Positions 52,648 to 64,000 of a DNA stretch of 64,000 bases are shown one piece after another; positions within the stretch are counted from its first letter, which is position 1; each line of letters begins with the position of its first letter. The notes beneath the pieces are model-generated. The model saw only the letters and a program-made list of their open reading frames with translations. It was not told the DNA's origin and did no database searches. The position numbers and the translations under genes are program-made. This DNA comes from Trichosphaerium sp. ATCC 40318. Taxonomy: Eukaryota > Protista > Tubulinea. The stretch is taken from positions 27,159 to 91,158 of the forward strand of contig JALMLS010000275.1 of the NCBI GenBank assembly GCA_038496445.1, written 5' to 3'.

Positions 52648-53290
52648 TTACACTTCATGCGCTATTGGTTCTACAAGTACAATATCTGCTGAGTCAGCGT
52701 CCTGTCTGGCTTTCTCAATATTGGCAACGATTTCATTGGTACACCTCTTGAATATCTCAAGTTCTCTGGCTAATTCGTCCCTCTCAGTTTTGTACCTTTT
52801 GGCTGAGTTTAATTCTACCTTGAGCTTGTCTCTTTCTCGCACAACGTCATCGTATTTTCTTTTGAGATCTTTGTTTTTAAATGCTTCAGTAGCCAACTCT
52901 GTAATTATAGTCTCTGTGACTTCCTACGCACGGCATAAGGACAACTCCAAAAGGAGGGGAAAGATAGCCGCCCAAGACGATGTACCAAGCTTTCACCTTC
53001 AACTTGCTCTTACACAGGCGTATAACCCGCGAGAAAGCAGAAGGTTGCCGCAAGGACCGCGTTTGGGCTTGAGTTTTTTGGCTTTCAGCTTTCCACTGCT
53101 CTTACACAGGCGTATAACCCGCGAGAAGTAAAAAAGCTTTCCGCCTAAAAATTCGCTTTCGGTTACGTGCCTGGCGCTTATCATGAACTTCCTTAGCCTG
53201 ATCATCGAGGGTGGTGATTTGCGTCATGTATTTCGCAACAAACTGCCGTACAACCTTACTTCTTGGCTTGGTAGAATCTTGAGCGCTCAT
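52648..53290 (-). CDS. Small 2-exon coiled-coil protein (~131 aa)
   Basis: MSAQDSTKPRSK..HDKRQ|EVTETIITELATEAFKNK..AHEV*, joined by GC-AG intron 52924-53170. Confidence 0.65.
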
Positions 53291-53604
53291 TGTGGTTGTT
53301 TGTATTAACTGTAGAACAAATAGCTTCAATAGATTTATTTGACCCTGTAGACTTATATCTGGTTGTAGTAACACATTGCAGAATGAGCATGCAGAATTGA
53401 ATAAAAAAAGTCTTTGTCTTTCAAAGAAGGCCACTGTGCGCTGTTTGTTGCTACCAACTCACCACTTTACATTCAGTGCGGCCTTTCGCCATTCTTTTAA
53501 GCTGCCAGATCATTTTGTACACATGTACAAGATTTTGACAGGGAATTTGGGTACATTTTCACGTGCTGACTGTTCAAGTTATTCGCTGACTACACACTAA
53601 AGAG

Positions 53605-54698
53605 ATGGCACAAAACAAGAAAATAATTGCTTTGTTCGATGTTGACGGTACTGATATTACGCTTAGCTATAACTAACGCACTGTAGGAACGCTAACACCT
53701 GCTCGTAAAGTGCGTTTCCACTGAGACTTACTATTTTTATGGTTTAATGCGCACTGTAGAAGGTCACCGCTGATGTACTCGAGAGTTTGCGCAAACTGCG
53801 CGAAAAGATTGTAGTTGGGGTAGTTGGAGGTTCAGACTTCCCCAAACAAAGGGAACAACTCGGTGATAATGGTACGTAGCGTGCTATCGTATTTACGCAG
53901 TGTCATATTAATTTTTCGCTCAGTACTTGAGTTGGTCGATTACTCCTTCTCTGAGAACGGTCTAGTGGCCTACAAAGACGGCAAGCTCATCCACAAAAAA
54001 GTACTTCCCTCACAGTGATTAAAAAGCGTTACAACTAATCGCATTCACCTAGACCATCAAAGATGAGCTTGGTAACGCCAAAATTCGCCAATTCGTCGAT
54101 ACTACGTTAGCAGAAATCTCAAAAATTGACTTGGACGTTAAAAGGGGTACATTTATCGAGTTCCGTACTGGCATGTTCAATATCTCTCCAATTGGGCGTA
54201 ACTGCTCCCAAGAAGAGCGCGACTGGTTTGAAAAGCATGACGCAGTACGCAAAACACCTCAATTCCTCAGTACTGAAAGCCTACAGGAGCATGGAATTAG
54301 AGCAAAACTCCTAAACACTCTGAAAGCCAAGTTTGGTGAAGCTTTCAACCTTCAATTCTCAGTTGGTGGTCAAATTTCAATGGATGTATTCCCAAAGGGT
54401 AGGCAAAGCGACTGTTCATTTTTTTTGATGTTTGATGACTAGGTTGGGATAAAACATATTGCTTGCAACACCTTGAAGGTTTTGATGAAATTCACTTCTT
54501 CGGTGATAAAACATACAAGGTATTGTTTCTTTTTTCTTTTTTTTTGATCTCTTTCGATATGATCGCACTTTGCTGATACCAGAGTAGGGTGGTAACGACT
54601 ATGAGATATTTGAAGACCCTACTACCATTGGACATACCGTCAAGTGCCCTGCTGATACACTAAAGCTTCTTGATGACTTATGGTTGAACCCAAAATAA
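53605..54698 (+). CDS. PMM: Phosphomannomutase (eukaryotic HAD type)
   Basis: [75 protein letters not shown]. Confidence 0.97.
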
Positions 54699-54772
54699 TT
54701 ACTTCAAAAAAAATAAATTGTTTATTTTCAATTTTTTTTGTTTGTTTTTTGCTACGATCATATGTCTTTTTT

Positions 54773-56514
54773 TTACTTCTTAAGATCATCCCTTGGTACC
54801 CAATTCTTTGCAAATGTTTGGGCTACAACAATAGGAAATACGAGCGTAGCTTCTGCGTACAACTAAAAGACGGATAAGCCCAAGACAATATTGCAAAGAA
54901 TTTTTTCAAAAAACGCGAAAATCATACCTTGACAGATTTAGCGCCACTCTTGATTTTACCCCAAGATACAGCCTCATCAGGTCTCGCACCGGCATCAGAA
55001 CCGTCAAATTCTTGCGCTAGAAAAAAAAAGTCAGATAAAAAAGCAAGTAATAAAGTACCTGTGTTGATAAACACTGCGTGATCAGCACCATTACGCATCA
55101 GATTGGCATTGCAAATATGATGTTTAATTAAACCACCACCTACATGTTTGTAAGTATATTATTGAACATGAGTTAAATCTAACCCAATAGAATCATGCCA
55201 GTATGTGGAGCAAAAACAGCAAGTTGATTAATTTTGCGAATATCTTGAGCAATATCTACGATAAGATTGACTCCATTCTTACCCTCAAAGTTTCTGAAGG
55301 TGTGCATGTAGATCATATCACCGATAGAACCATCAGTAATAGCTGGACTGAAAACTGGAATGTCATTCTTGAATTACTTGTCAGCAGTGTACTGGAACAA
55401 AAAACTGGAAAAAGATTTGAATAGTACCTTCCAGCACCAATAGTAAACTGATCTCTCGTCATTGATTTCTTTACCAAAGCGCTTGATCATTTTAGATGGT
55501 GACCATACGGTGCCCTATAATCTAAGTGTTAATACCACACGCGAGGTACAATACTCAAAAATATGTTACTTGCTTCTTGTTGTTCAATAACCATTTGGTC
55601 AAGGATTGGCATTATCCAGTCATCAAATTTACCGTAGTTGTTATTAGGTACAAGTAAGTTACCAATACGATTCACACCTGAATTAGTTAGTATTCAAAGA
55701 ATATTACGAACTGAGAAAAGAATTTACAAAAATTATTTGTGGAGTTGCTCAAAAAAAACGTTTTTGGCTTTTTTAGGGTCATTTGTTGAGGAACTGTCGG
55801 TTGATTCTGTTGTTTAGATTTCTTTGAAATGAACTAGTTGTTTGGTACCTTTATCCCTGAGGGTAGCACCGTCGAGTTTAAAGTCTCCAATGTACGTTGG
55901 GGCAAGACATTTGATGAAATCTTCTTCAATGCCACCAGCAGTTGTTACAATGTAGTCAATCTACAAGTGAGTTAATGACATTTACAGCTACAAACTGGGT
56001 TATGGTACCATCTTGTTCTTGGCCAAGTAAACAATTGTTTCTCTCAAACCTGAAGAGATCAGATTGGATGTGTAGCCAAAGAATATCTTTGTGCGTGTCT
56101 TTTTACGCTTCTCAGGGTCTCTGAAAAAATTCTTCAGTTGTACATTGTAGAAAACAAGCGTGCGTTACCTTTCGTCTAGAGGGGTATCTTCTGTGATCTC
56201 TTCGTCGCTTTGACGCCATTTTAACTAAAAAATTCTTAACGTGGCCACATACACTTTTTTATACCATGTCGTTAATTTCTTCGATGCAGCGGCCAAGATT
56301 AGTCGATTGGAAGCCTGCTGTAAGGTATGATTTGAACAAAGCGTCATAATCTACTTCTTTGGTGTCCCATGTATACCCACGTACTTCAGCGCCCTATTAC
56401 AATTACATGATACATTTATCAATGCTGTCGTACTTTCAAGTCCTCTGGCATCTCTGATTCTACTAGCACGGCACTTTGCACGCGCTCCAATTCTGTTTTA
56501 CCTTGTAGTGACAT
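54773..56514 (-). CDS. DHPS: Deoxyhypusine synthase
   Basis: [86 protein letters not shown]. Confidence 0.97.
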
Positions 56515-56606
56515 GCTGTTAGTGAAATAGCGTTGGTACAAAAGTTCGTTTTGATTAAGCAAACGTAAATCTTAACATAACCGCGTAAAACGCTCCCATT
56601 AACATC

Positions 56607-57212
56607 ATGATGCGATACGTTGTATTATGCGCATTACTAGCAACGGTGTGTTACTGCAAAGATATTAAAGGCACGTAGCTAACCTGGAAACGAACCTAAT
56701 TCAATGTTACAGTATCATATTGGAATGATACAGCCAATTGCAAAACTAGTGCAACACAAGAAGAGACATACATCGAAAATCAGTGCTACAACATCAACGA
56801 TACAGCGTTACCTCAAAGCTTCAAATATGACTGTGGTTTTGGCTTGGTGCGCACTTTTCGGAGTTGGACTTGTGACTCTTGAAACAACAGTATCTAACGA
56901 GTCTCAGGTTACTCGACGCGCGTACCTTGGACTTGATTGTGAAAATCTACAACATACTTCAACGGTAACAATTAACCGATTTGTTAAGAAAGCTGACCAT
57001 CTTAGACACTCGATAAAGCCTGTTCTCAGTCCAGCTTTGACATTAGATACAAGGCTTACAAGGCAACTTGTGGTACACCAAACAGGATTGTACTTATAGC
57101 GATCATTGTGGCAGGATGTGTAGCTCTGTTGCTCGCATTAGGTTTATTGTTGTTTATTTGTTGCTGTTGTGGTTGCTGCGCATGTTGTTGTAGAACTTTT
57201 ACACGCGCGTAA
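56607..57212 (+). CDS. Small type I membrane protein with a Cys-string cytosolic tail
   Basis: Signal peptide, 3 introns (the first GC-AG), TM, then ICCCCGCCACCCRTFTRA*. Confidence 0.8.
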
Positions 57213-57287
57213 ATTGATTGACACATAGAGACTTAATAAAGCACTTGTTAAGGCTAGTTAAAAAATTCTTGTAAGCGTTAAAACAAC

Positions 57288-57801
57288 ATGGCTCAAAAAG
57301 AATCTCAAATGCCCCCTACTCCTCGCGTAACCGGATCTACAATCCAAAACTATCGCAACCCCCCACACAACATTGTTCGCTTAGTGGGCACTGTACAAAA
57401 GAAAGCACCTGGTAGCGTTGAAATACTGGCGTCTGATGGCGTACGATTGAAAAATTATGAGCGGTTATTAAATGCGGCGTAGGTTGTAGTAAATGTCAAA
57501 TTATTAGGCACAGATTATTCAGTGGTATGTTGTGATGCTAATATCGCGCACTAAGCTTTCTGTAGGGTACTGTTTTCGAGCTATTGGTTAAAGTAGAACC
57601 TACTGGAGAAGTAAAAGAATGTGGCGCCATGCCAGCGTATCTAGAAGAGCGTGGTCACAAATTTGGTATTACTTTTACAAACCCGCCAAAAACTTTATGC
57701 ATAGTTCTTGCTAGCTAATTTCTTTTGCAGACATGAAGCTTTACAACGATCTCACTGATCTAACACAGCGTTATCCAGAGGTTTTCGGTCTCCGATCGTA
57801 A
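57288..57801 (+). CDS. RPA3: Replication protein A 14-kDa subunit
   Basis: TPRV..VRLVGTV..ASDG..FDMKLYNDL..YPEVF. Confidence 0.75.
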
Positions 57802-57987
57802 AATAAAAAAAAAGCCTTGTACATAAAATGCTTGATTTCTATTTCATTTGTATTGTTATCTGACGTGTAGAGGATTGGTTTGTTGTACATGTAATTGGCA
57901 TCATTTTGCGTGCTTTGAGAAAGTGCTTAGCCTGATTGCGTTAAGTCTTAACGTCGCGATACTCACACAACAGGTTTCGCATACGCA

Positions 57988-59514
57988 ATGAAACTAGTAG
58001 CAAATTCTAAAAAGCCTGGGAGTGCGTGGCTTCAATCGCGTCCGTTTTGTAGCTAATGCCTTCAACTAGAGTCGCGCTTTAAGCAACAACAGCTCCCAGC
58101 GTGGCAGCCTATCCTAACGCCACGAACAGTGATTATTGCGTTTTTTGTAATTGGCATCATATTTATTCCGGTCGGTGTTGCGTTTTATATCACATCAGAC
58201 GGTGTAAGTATTACCAACAGCTTTTTTATCTTTTTTGTATTTCTCTCCAAATCGCTCTAACGCGCTCCTCGGCACTCTCACTTGCCTAAGATTAAATACC
58301 CTCGCAAATAATCAAGAAAAAATTGCATGCGTTACCTTTTACATCTTTCTAATGGTTACAAGGTGCAAGAGACTGAGCTTCGCTATGATGATATTTGCGG
58401 AGCACCAAATCCAAATACAACAGAGCCGTGTGTCATTACTTTCGACGACCTAGACATGAAGCCACCTGTATACCTTTACTACAAATTAACCAACTTCTTT
58501 CAAAACCACAGAAGGTAACGCTTGAAATATTTAGTGAATGCCTGGCTTTGACACTTTATATTCTAGATATGTCAGATCTAGAAACGATGCTCAGCTTGCC
58601 GGTGATGCAGATGTCTCTGCTGGTTCTTTAAGCGACTGTTCACCTTTAGATAAGATAAACAATAGACCAATCCTTCCTTGTGGTCTCATTGCTAATAGCC
58701 AGTTCAATGGTACGTTTGCCCAGAGAGCACAAAAAGTTAATTGTGTTTATGTGTCGTTTTCTAGATTCTTTTATGATGCATGATGCCAATGGCACTGCAG
58801 TACCTTTGCGATCTAAGGGTATAGCCTGGAAATCAGATGTTGACAGAAAGGTACACGCGCAAGGATTTTTATTTATTTATTTTTGTGTTTCTTATACGCC
58901 TAGTTCAACAATCCTGGTGCTAGCAGCATAGGCGCCGTTAGAGTTATTCCAGACTTTGAAAATGAAGATTTTATCGTTTGGATGCGTGTTGCTGCTCTAC
59001 CAACATTCAAGAAACTACATAGGCACGCTTAGTAGTTATAACACAATTGGTATTATGTGTTTTGTACTTATACGCTTTGTAGAATCATAGATGTTGAGCT
59101 AAAGGGTAACTTTACTCTAATGATCATGAACAGTATCCTTTTTTTTCTTTTAAATGGCCAGCGTCGGGTCTCTTTTAGACGTGTTATTAGTCTTATGATT
59201 CCTTTACAATATTCAAGATTATCCTGTTGAAGGCTTCAAGGGTAAAAAGTTTGTTGTTTTATCTGAGACTTCCTTCCTTGGCGGAAAGAACCAATTCTTG
59301 GGTATTGCTTACTTGGTAGTTGGTGGTCTTGCTATTTTACAAGCAATAGTATTTTTAATTGCTCACTTAATTAACGGAAGGTACTGTTTGTTTTCCGTTT
59401 TTAAAGAAAAGAAAAGTGTGACACTTTTTTTTGTGTTTTTGTAGAGTACTTACCAATTGCATTTATAGAAAACTGGGTGATACACGTTACTTGGCGTGGA
59501 ATAAAGGAAATTAA
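57988..59514 (+). CDS. CDC50: CDC50/LEM3 flippase beta-subunit
   Basis: [75 protein letters not shown]. Confidence 0.97.
59133..59217 (+). other. U12-type (minor spliceosome) GT-AG intron in CDC50
   Basis: Donor GTATCCTT, branch TTCCTTTAC (59199-59207) close to the AG; splicing restores [12 protein letters not shown]. Confidence 0.85.
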
Positions 59515-59759
59515 TTATATCATCTTTGTGCAGTTCGTCTTTGAAAACAAAACTGTCAAGATAACGGCACACTGCTATGAGGTCGTTGTAAATAACTTAC
59601 GAATCAAAAAAAAAAAGTTGTTGATGTAATAGTTTAACGCGTAGTTGAGTGGAATACTATTGTTTTTATGCTTTGTCGAGTGACATTGAATGTTGTGACA
59701 TTTAGATGCATCTTCAGCCGTTAAGGAACAAATGTGACATTTAAAATTCATAACGCACA

Positions 59760-61716
59760 ATGAGAGCGCTTGTACTCAACAAAGCCCTCAAATGGGAGGT
59801 AACAACGGTACCAAAGCCTGAAGTAGTGTATGTTTGGCCATTTATCGTTAAAATGTCTATGCATTGCTTCTAACGCTAGTTAATCAAGACAGGGGACTGC
59901 GCTGGTGAAAATACATGCAGCTGCGTTTAACAGGTTGGCAAATTGTAATTTATGCATCGTATGTAACTAAATACAACTCTAGGAGAGATTTTTGGATGAC
60001 TTTAGGACTTTACCCGGGCATCAAGGTAATAAATGAAATACCAACGTGAAAGTCGTTACTTCACTATTGTCGCTCTGAAACCGTTATTTCCATGCGTGTC
60101 ATCTTATCCTCAACTTCAATTCACGACTTCCTTACAAATTGTATTTTAGACGCCGTCAATACTCGGTTCTGATGGCTCAGGTGAAGTAGTTAAGGTTGGA
60201 TCCAACAAAGACAAACGTCCGTTGCTTTTTGACACTGTTTTGCGAATAGTGACCAACACTAGATTGGCTTGGCGAAAGAGTTATTATAAACCCGTCCTTC
60301 AACTGGGGTAATGATGAAAGAGTGCAGTCAAAACGATTTAAGATACTTGGTATGCCTGTGGACGGAACCTTTGCAGAGTAAGTCAAGCATTCAAAAAAAA
60401 AAAAAGGCAAAAAACATGTTTTATTTGACATTGTTCTGCACGTGGTTTATATGCATAAATACTGCAAAATGCGCACTTGTAGGCATTTTTCATATATTGA
60501 TTATTTCTTTAGGTATATTAGAGTTCCTGTTAAGCAGTATGTAAAGTAATATTTCACGGTGTTGCAAACTCATTTTGTGTGTAGACTTCACAGAATGCCT
60601 AAACATTTAAGTCATACTACTGCAGCAGCATTACCTCTTGCTGGTGTAACAGCATATAGGTAAAATATTGAAGATCTAATTTATTCTCTTACATTAATAA
60701 TAGAGCTTTGTTTGTGCAAGGAGGTTGTCAGATCAACGATAGAGTTCTCGTAACAGGTAGGCTTAGATTTACCAAATAGTATTGGGTTTTCATGTCGTGC
60801 TCAGCGTATTCTAGGTATTGGTGGAGGTGTAGCGCAATATGTAGCGCAGTTTGCCAGTGCTGCAGGCGCCAATGTCTACGTAAGAGAAAGTAGTACTTTG
60901 TAAGTATTGATTAAATTAAAAAGGTCACAAGTGGTTCGCAAGAAAAAATTGAGCGGAGCAAGAAGCTGTTTGGTGTCAAAGACGGAGCGAACTACAATGA
61001 AAAGGTAATAATTTACGATTACTACAAAGTGGTATCTCATATTTACGTAGAAATGGAGACGAAAGGTACACGTGCTGCTTCATGTCAGGTGAAGTTTTTT
61101 AACAAAATGTCATGTAGTTAGTTCAGTTGGCTGGAGGACCATTTGATCTTATCATTGGTACCTTTCTATTATTTCGATAAAACGCGGCTTCTTATGTTAA
61201 TTTTATAGACGGTGCTGGTGGTAAAGGGTTCAATAAATTATTGAATATAGCAAAGTTGGGTGGTACCATTGTTTCGTAAGTTAACAATTGAATCAAAGAA
61301 TTCTTCAACTTCTTTTCTTGAACGGAAGCTGCGGTTTATTTCTAATTTCTGTTAATAGGTATGGCGCCACAGCGCTTAATCCAAATAAACTTGTTCTACC
61401 GCGTCTCTTTTTGAAACAACTAAGGATCATAGGATCTACTATGGGATCAGATAGGTAAGTACTTCTAAAATAGGATTCGAAGTCAAGTTTTTTGTGCTTA
61501 TTTTTTTTTGTTCCTTTTCGCTTCATTCTGTTCTGACACTAGTTGTAATAAAGGGATTTTGAAAATATGGTAAAGTTTGTTGTATCCCATAAGATACATC
61601 CTCATCTTGACTGTGTAATACCTATTTCACGTACTGGAGCAGCTCATGAAAGACTAAAGAATTGTGAACACTTTGGAAAGATTGTTATTGATTTCTCTTT
61701 AAAAGCGAGCCTGTAG
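59760..61716 (+). CDS. MDR-family (quinone/enoyl) oxidoreductase, ~14 introns
   Basis: VKIHAAAFNRRD, ILGSDGSG, AAALPLAGVTAYRAL, VLVTGIGGGVA, GSTMGS, EHFGKIV. Confidence 0.9.
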
Positions 61717-62165
61717 AGCAGCTCCTACGCCAATAAAAACGTTTACACATACACTCTTCGTGATCTTTGCAAGCTTAATTGTTGCAGCAACTTTTAAAAC
61801 AAAATCTTTGTGATAGTGATGGTTGGAAAAAAAACTTTAACAAATCAAGATCTTTCCTTTTGGTACTGATTCCTCACGTGAGAATCATGAGATTCGTTCT
61901 CAATAATTTTTTTCAATTCTTTGCTTATACGATACTAGACCAATAGATCGTTCTAAGGACCTGCCTTTTGCTACCTCAATTGCAAAATACGGCCTTAGAC
62001 AACCATTTCAGCGACTTAAGGTGTTATTTGCTCTTAAAAAAGAACCAAGAAACGTTTCGTTCGCACCTGATCTCAGAATCTTATAAAACACTTCTAATAC
62101 GTTACAGGTAACCAATCTACATTTATTTGAAACGCATAATTTAACACTTGGCCGAAAATTAGAAT

Positions 62166-62798
62166 ATGGCCTACCAGACGCCTATGTGTGTTATGGAATT
62201 GCCGTTGGAGCTTCAACATATCATTTTTGAGACAAGTGGAGATATATTCATAAAATGGCCTTCACTTTGTTTGTATGCAGCAAAGACTAGTAGATTTAAC
62301 GATTCATTGGAAAAGAATGGATGTTTCAGAAGGTATGACTCGTCAAACAGGTTAAAAATAAAATGTTACTTCAAAAACGGTTTGCTCCACGGGAAGTACA
62401 TTGAGATGAATGACTCTGGTCAAACACTTACAAGATGCTCTTATAACAACAATAAGCTACATGGATTGTATACATCTCATTACGATAATGGGAAAATGAA
62501 GAAACAAGTCATGTATGATAATGGTGTGCGTAATGGAGATGTAAAAACTTGGTATGAAGATGGACAGATGAGGTATCATCTACAGTTCAAGGATAATATA
62601 CCACATGGTGAGTTTAGGTATTGGCATGGTAATGGTATGCTTCAGACTGTATTTACATATGATAATGGAAAGAGACATGGTGAATCAATGTGGTATACTT
62701 TAACGGGAACTTTGTTTGAGCATAAAGTTTTTCAGTTTGGAAAAGAGACGTCAATCTTGACTAATATTTCTTTATCAACGTCTAAAAGTATAATATAA
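62166..62798 (+). CDS. Intronless F-box-like + MORN2 (YwqK-like) repeat protein
   Basis: MELPLELQHIIF; repeats of YxNGxxHGxxxxWYxNG. Confidence 0.8.
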   Translation: MAYQTPMCVMELPLELQHIIFETSGDIFIKWPSLCLYAAKTSRFNDSLEKNGCFRRYDSSNRLKIKCYFKNGLLHGKYIEMNDSGQTLTRCSYNNNKLHGLYTSHYDNGKMKKQVMYDNGVRNGDVKTWYEDGQMRYHLQFKDNIPHGEFRYWHGNGMLQTVFTYDNGKRHGESMWYTLTGTLFEHKVFQFGKETSILTNISLSTSKSII

Positions 62799-62940
62799 GT
62801 TGGTCTTACTCTTGTACTATTCATAGATTCTACATAATTGTTGATTGAATAAAAAAAAATTGATCGAAAAATAGGGTTGTTGTATTGTATTTATTATTTT
62901 ATTGTACATAGTTTAAAGAATTGGTTTTTTTGTTAGCTAC

Positions 62941-64000
62941 TTAGTTCTGGTAAGTGTTTGCAACTTCGAGGTTATCTGCCGAATAGATACGTCCTTGTGT
63001 GTCACCAAGCATTACTGGTGAAGCATAAGTTACTGGTGGTCCATCAACTCTGACATCAGGTCTTGAATGGTCCTCACCAGGAATATGAAAACGACCTAGT
63101 TGTGGAGGTGGCATCGAGATCTTTTTTGGTGGTTTAAGCTCGCTTTTATCCTCTGTTGTATTCATGGAAAGCGCTAGTGGCCGTGGTGGAAGTTCAGGGA
63201 CTGTTGTCTCTTCAGAGCCTTCTATAGGTATCAAAAATCCTCCTATAGCTATGGGGGTATCTTCTAGCGGTCTTGCAAGTACTGGAAGTTGTCGGTTAAT
63301 GTCACTAGAATCACTTGATTCTTTTGTTTGATTCATCATTGGTATGAAGTATCCGGTCTTAGGAGGTTCTGGTAAAGGCTTCGGAAGGTTCGATGAATCT
63401 ACTTCTCCAGGTAGACCAAACATAAATCTTGTAGTTGAACCAGCTCTGCTCTTTTTAAATTTTGCTAGTTTCTCTTCAACTTCTTTTGACACTGATCTTC
63501 TTTTATGTCTTAGATATAAAAACACTATAGTGGTAGCTACTACAGAAAAGAATACTGCCTGAAAATACATTAGTGATCATTAAATAACAGAGTCAATCAG
63601 GGTGTTCCTTTTTCAAAAAGTGAAGTAGTTTTGAATGGAATGAAAGAAACTAGTTGCAGAACTAACCCAGCACACCACCACCAATGTAGTAATATAAGGT
63701 TACTGTGGCTTGCTCTTCCTCATCTGCATCTCTTACAGGTACATCCCCGTATATGTTTGGATCAAGCAGGAGAGTCAAATCAGGATCGTAGAACAAACTA
63801 TGTAGTTTAGATTTTGTTGAAAAAGGGAATAACCCTTTTAAGGTGTTTTAACTTTACTTACTCTCAGTGATATTAAACCCAAAGTAAGCAAATGTACCAA
63901 CACAAACAGAAAGTTCGCCATTAAGCAAGCTACACACACGAACTAGAAACAAACAGTAAGGAGAAGGCAATTACCCTGATTTTGTTTGGAGATTTTTTTT
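62941..64000 (-). CDS. 3' part of a type I surface receptor (YDPD motif, TM, Pro-rich tail); 5' end lies beyond the window
   Basis: Spliced ..LFYDPDLTLLLDP..YYIGGGVL|VFFSVVATTIVFLYLRHKRR.. followed by a Pro-rich tail ending TYQN*. Confidence 0.7.

Noticed and set aside
52500-53145. Three ~28-bp repeats as a CRISPR array
   Set aside because: Irregular spacing, intronic location, eukaryotic context and no cas genes.
62941-63570. Second viral-like intronless ORF suggesting a large endogenous virus
   Set aside because: It is the last exon of a spliced host membrane-protein gene, and there are no viral core genes in the window.
1-64000. Stop-codon reassignment or programmed frameshifting to explain the fragmented ORFs
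   Set aside because: The breaks I examined in conserved genes are resolved by short GT/GC-AG introns, and TAA, TAG and TGA all serve as terminators.

Overview
AT-rich, gene-dense eukaryotic DNA with many short spliceosomal introns (donors mostly GTAHG/GTAAG). The gene content suggests a free-living amoeboid protist, but I cannot name the species. The standard genetic code fits the genes I reconstructed. Housekeeping genes: NOG1, a filamin-coiled coil-PX-PH protein, PABP, a DH-PH RhoGEF, PMM, deoxyhypusine synthase, RPA3, CDC50 and an MDR oxidoreductase. About 12.4-29 kb is a rearrangement-rich accessory block. It holds three copies of a spliced gene for an IFI44-like P-loop GTPase with a C-terminal membrane anchor; copies A and B also carry N-terminal ankyrin repeats. 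The P-loop exon is hypervariable while the downstream exons and introns are nearly identical. The block also contains a 13-bp-TSD non-LTR retrotransposon with an inverted RNase H segment, a piggyBac-like relic and a type II TM/coiled-coil gene. Elsewhere there are duplicated 7TM genes with an intervening hAT-type MITE, a long hairpin, a U12-type intron in CDC50, recurrent GC-AG introns and an intronless F-box/MORN gene of possible giant-virus or bacterial origin. Gene models were spliced by eye and family calls come from motif recognition; no database searches were run.
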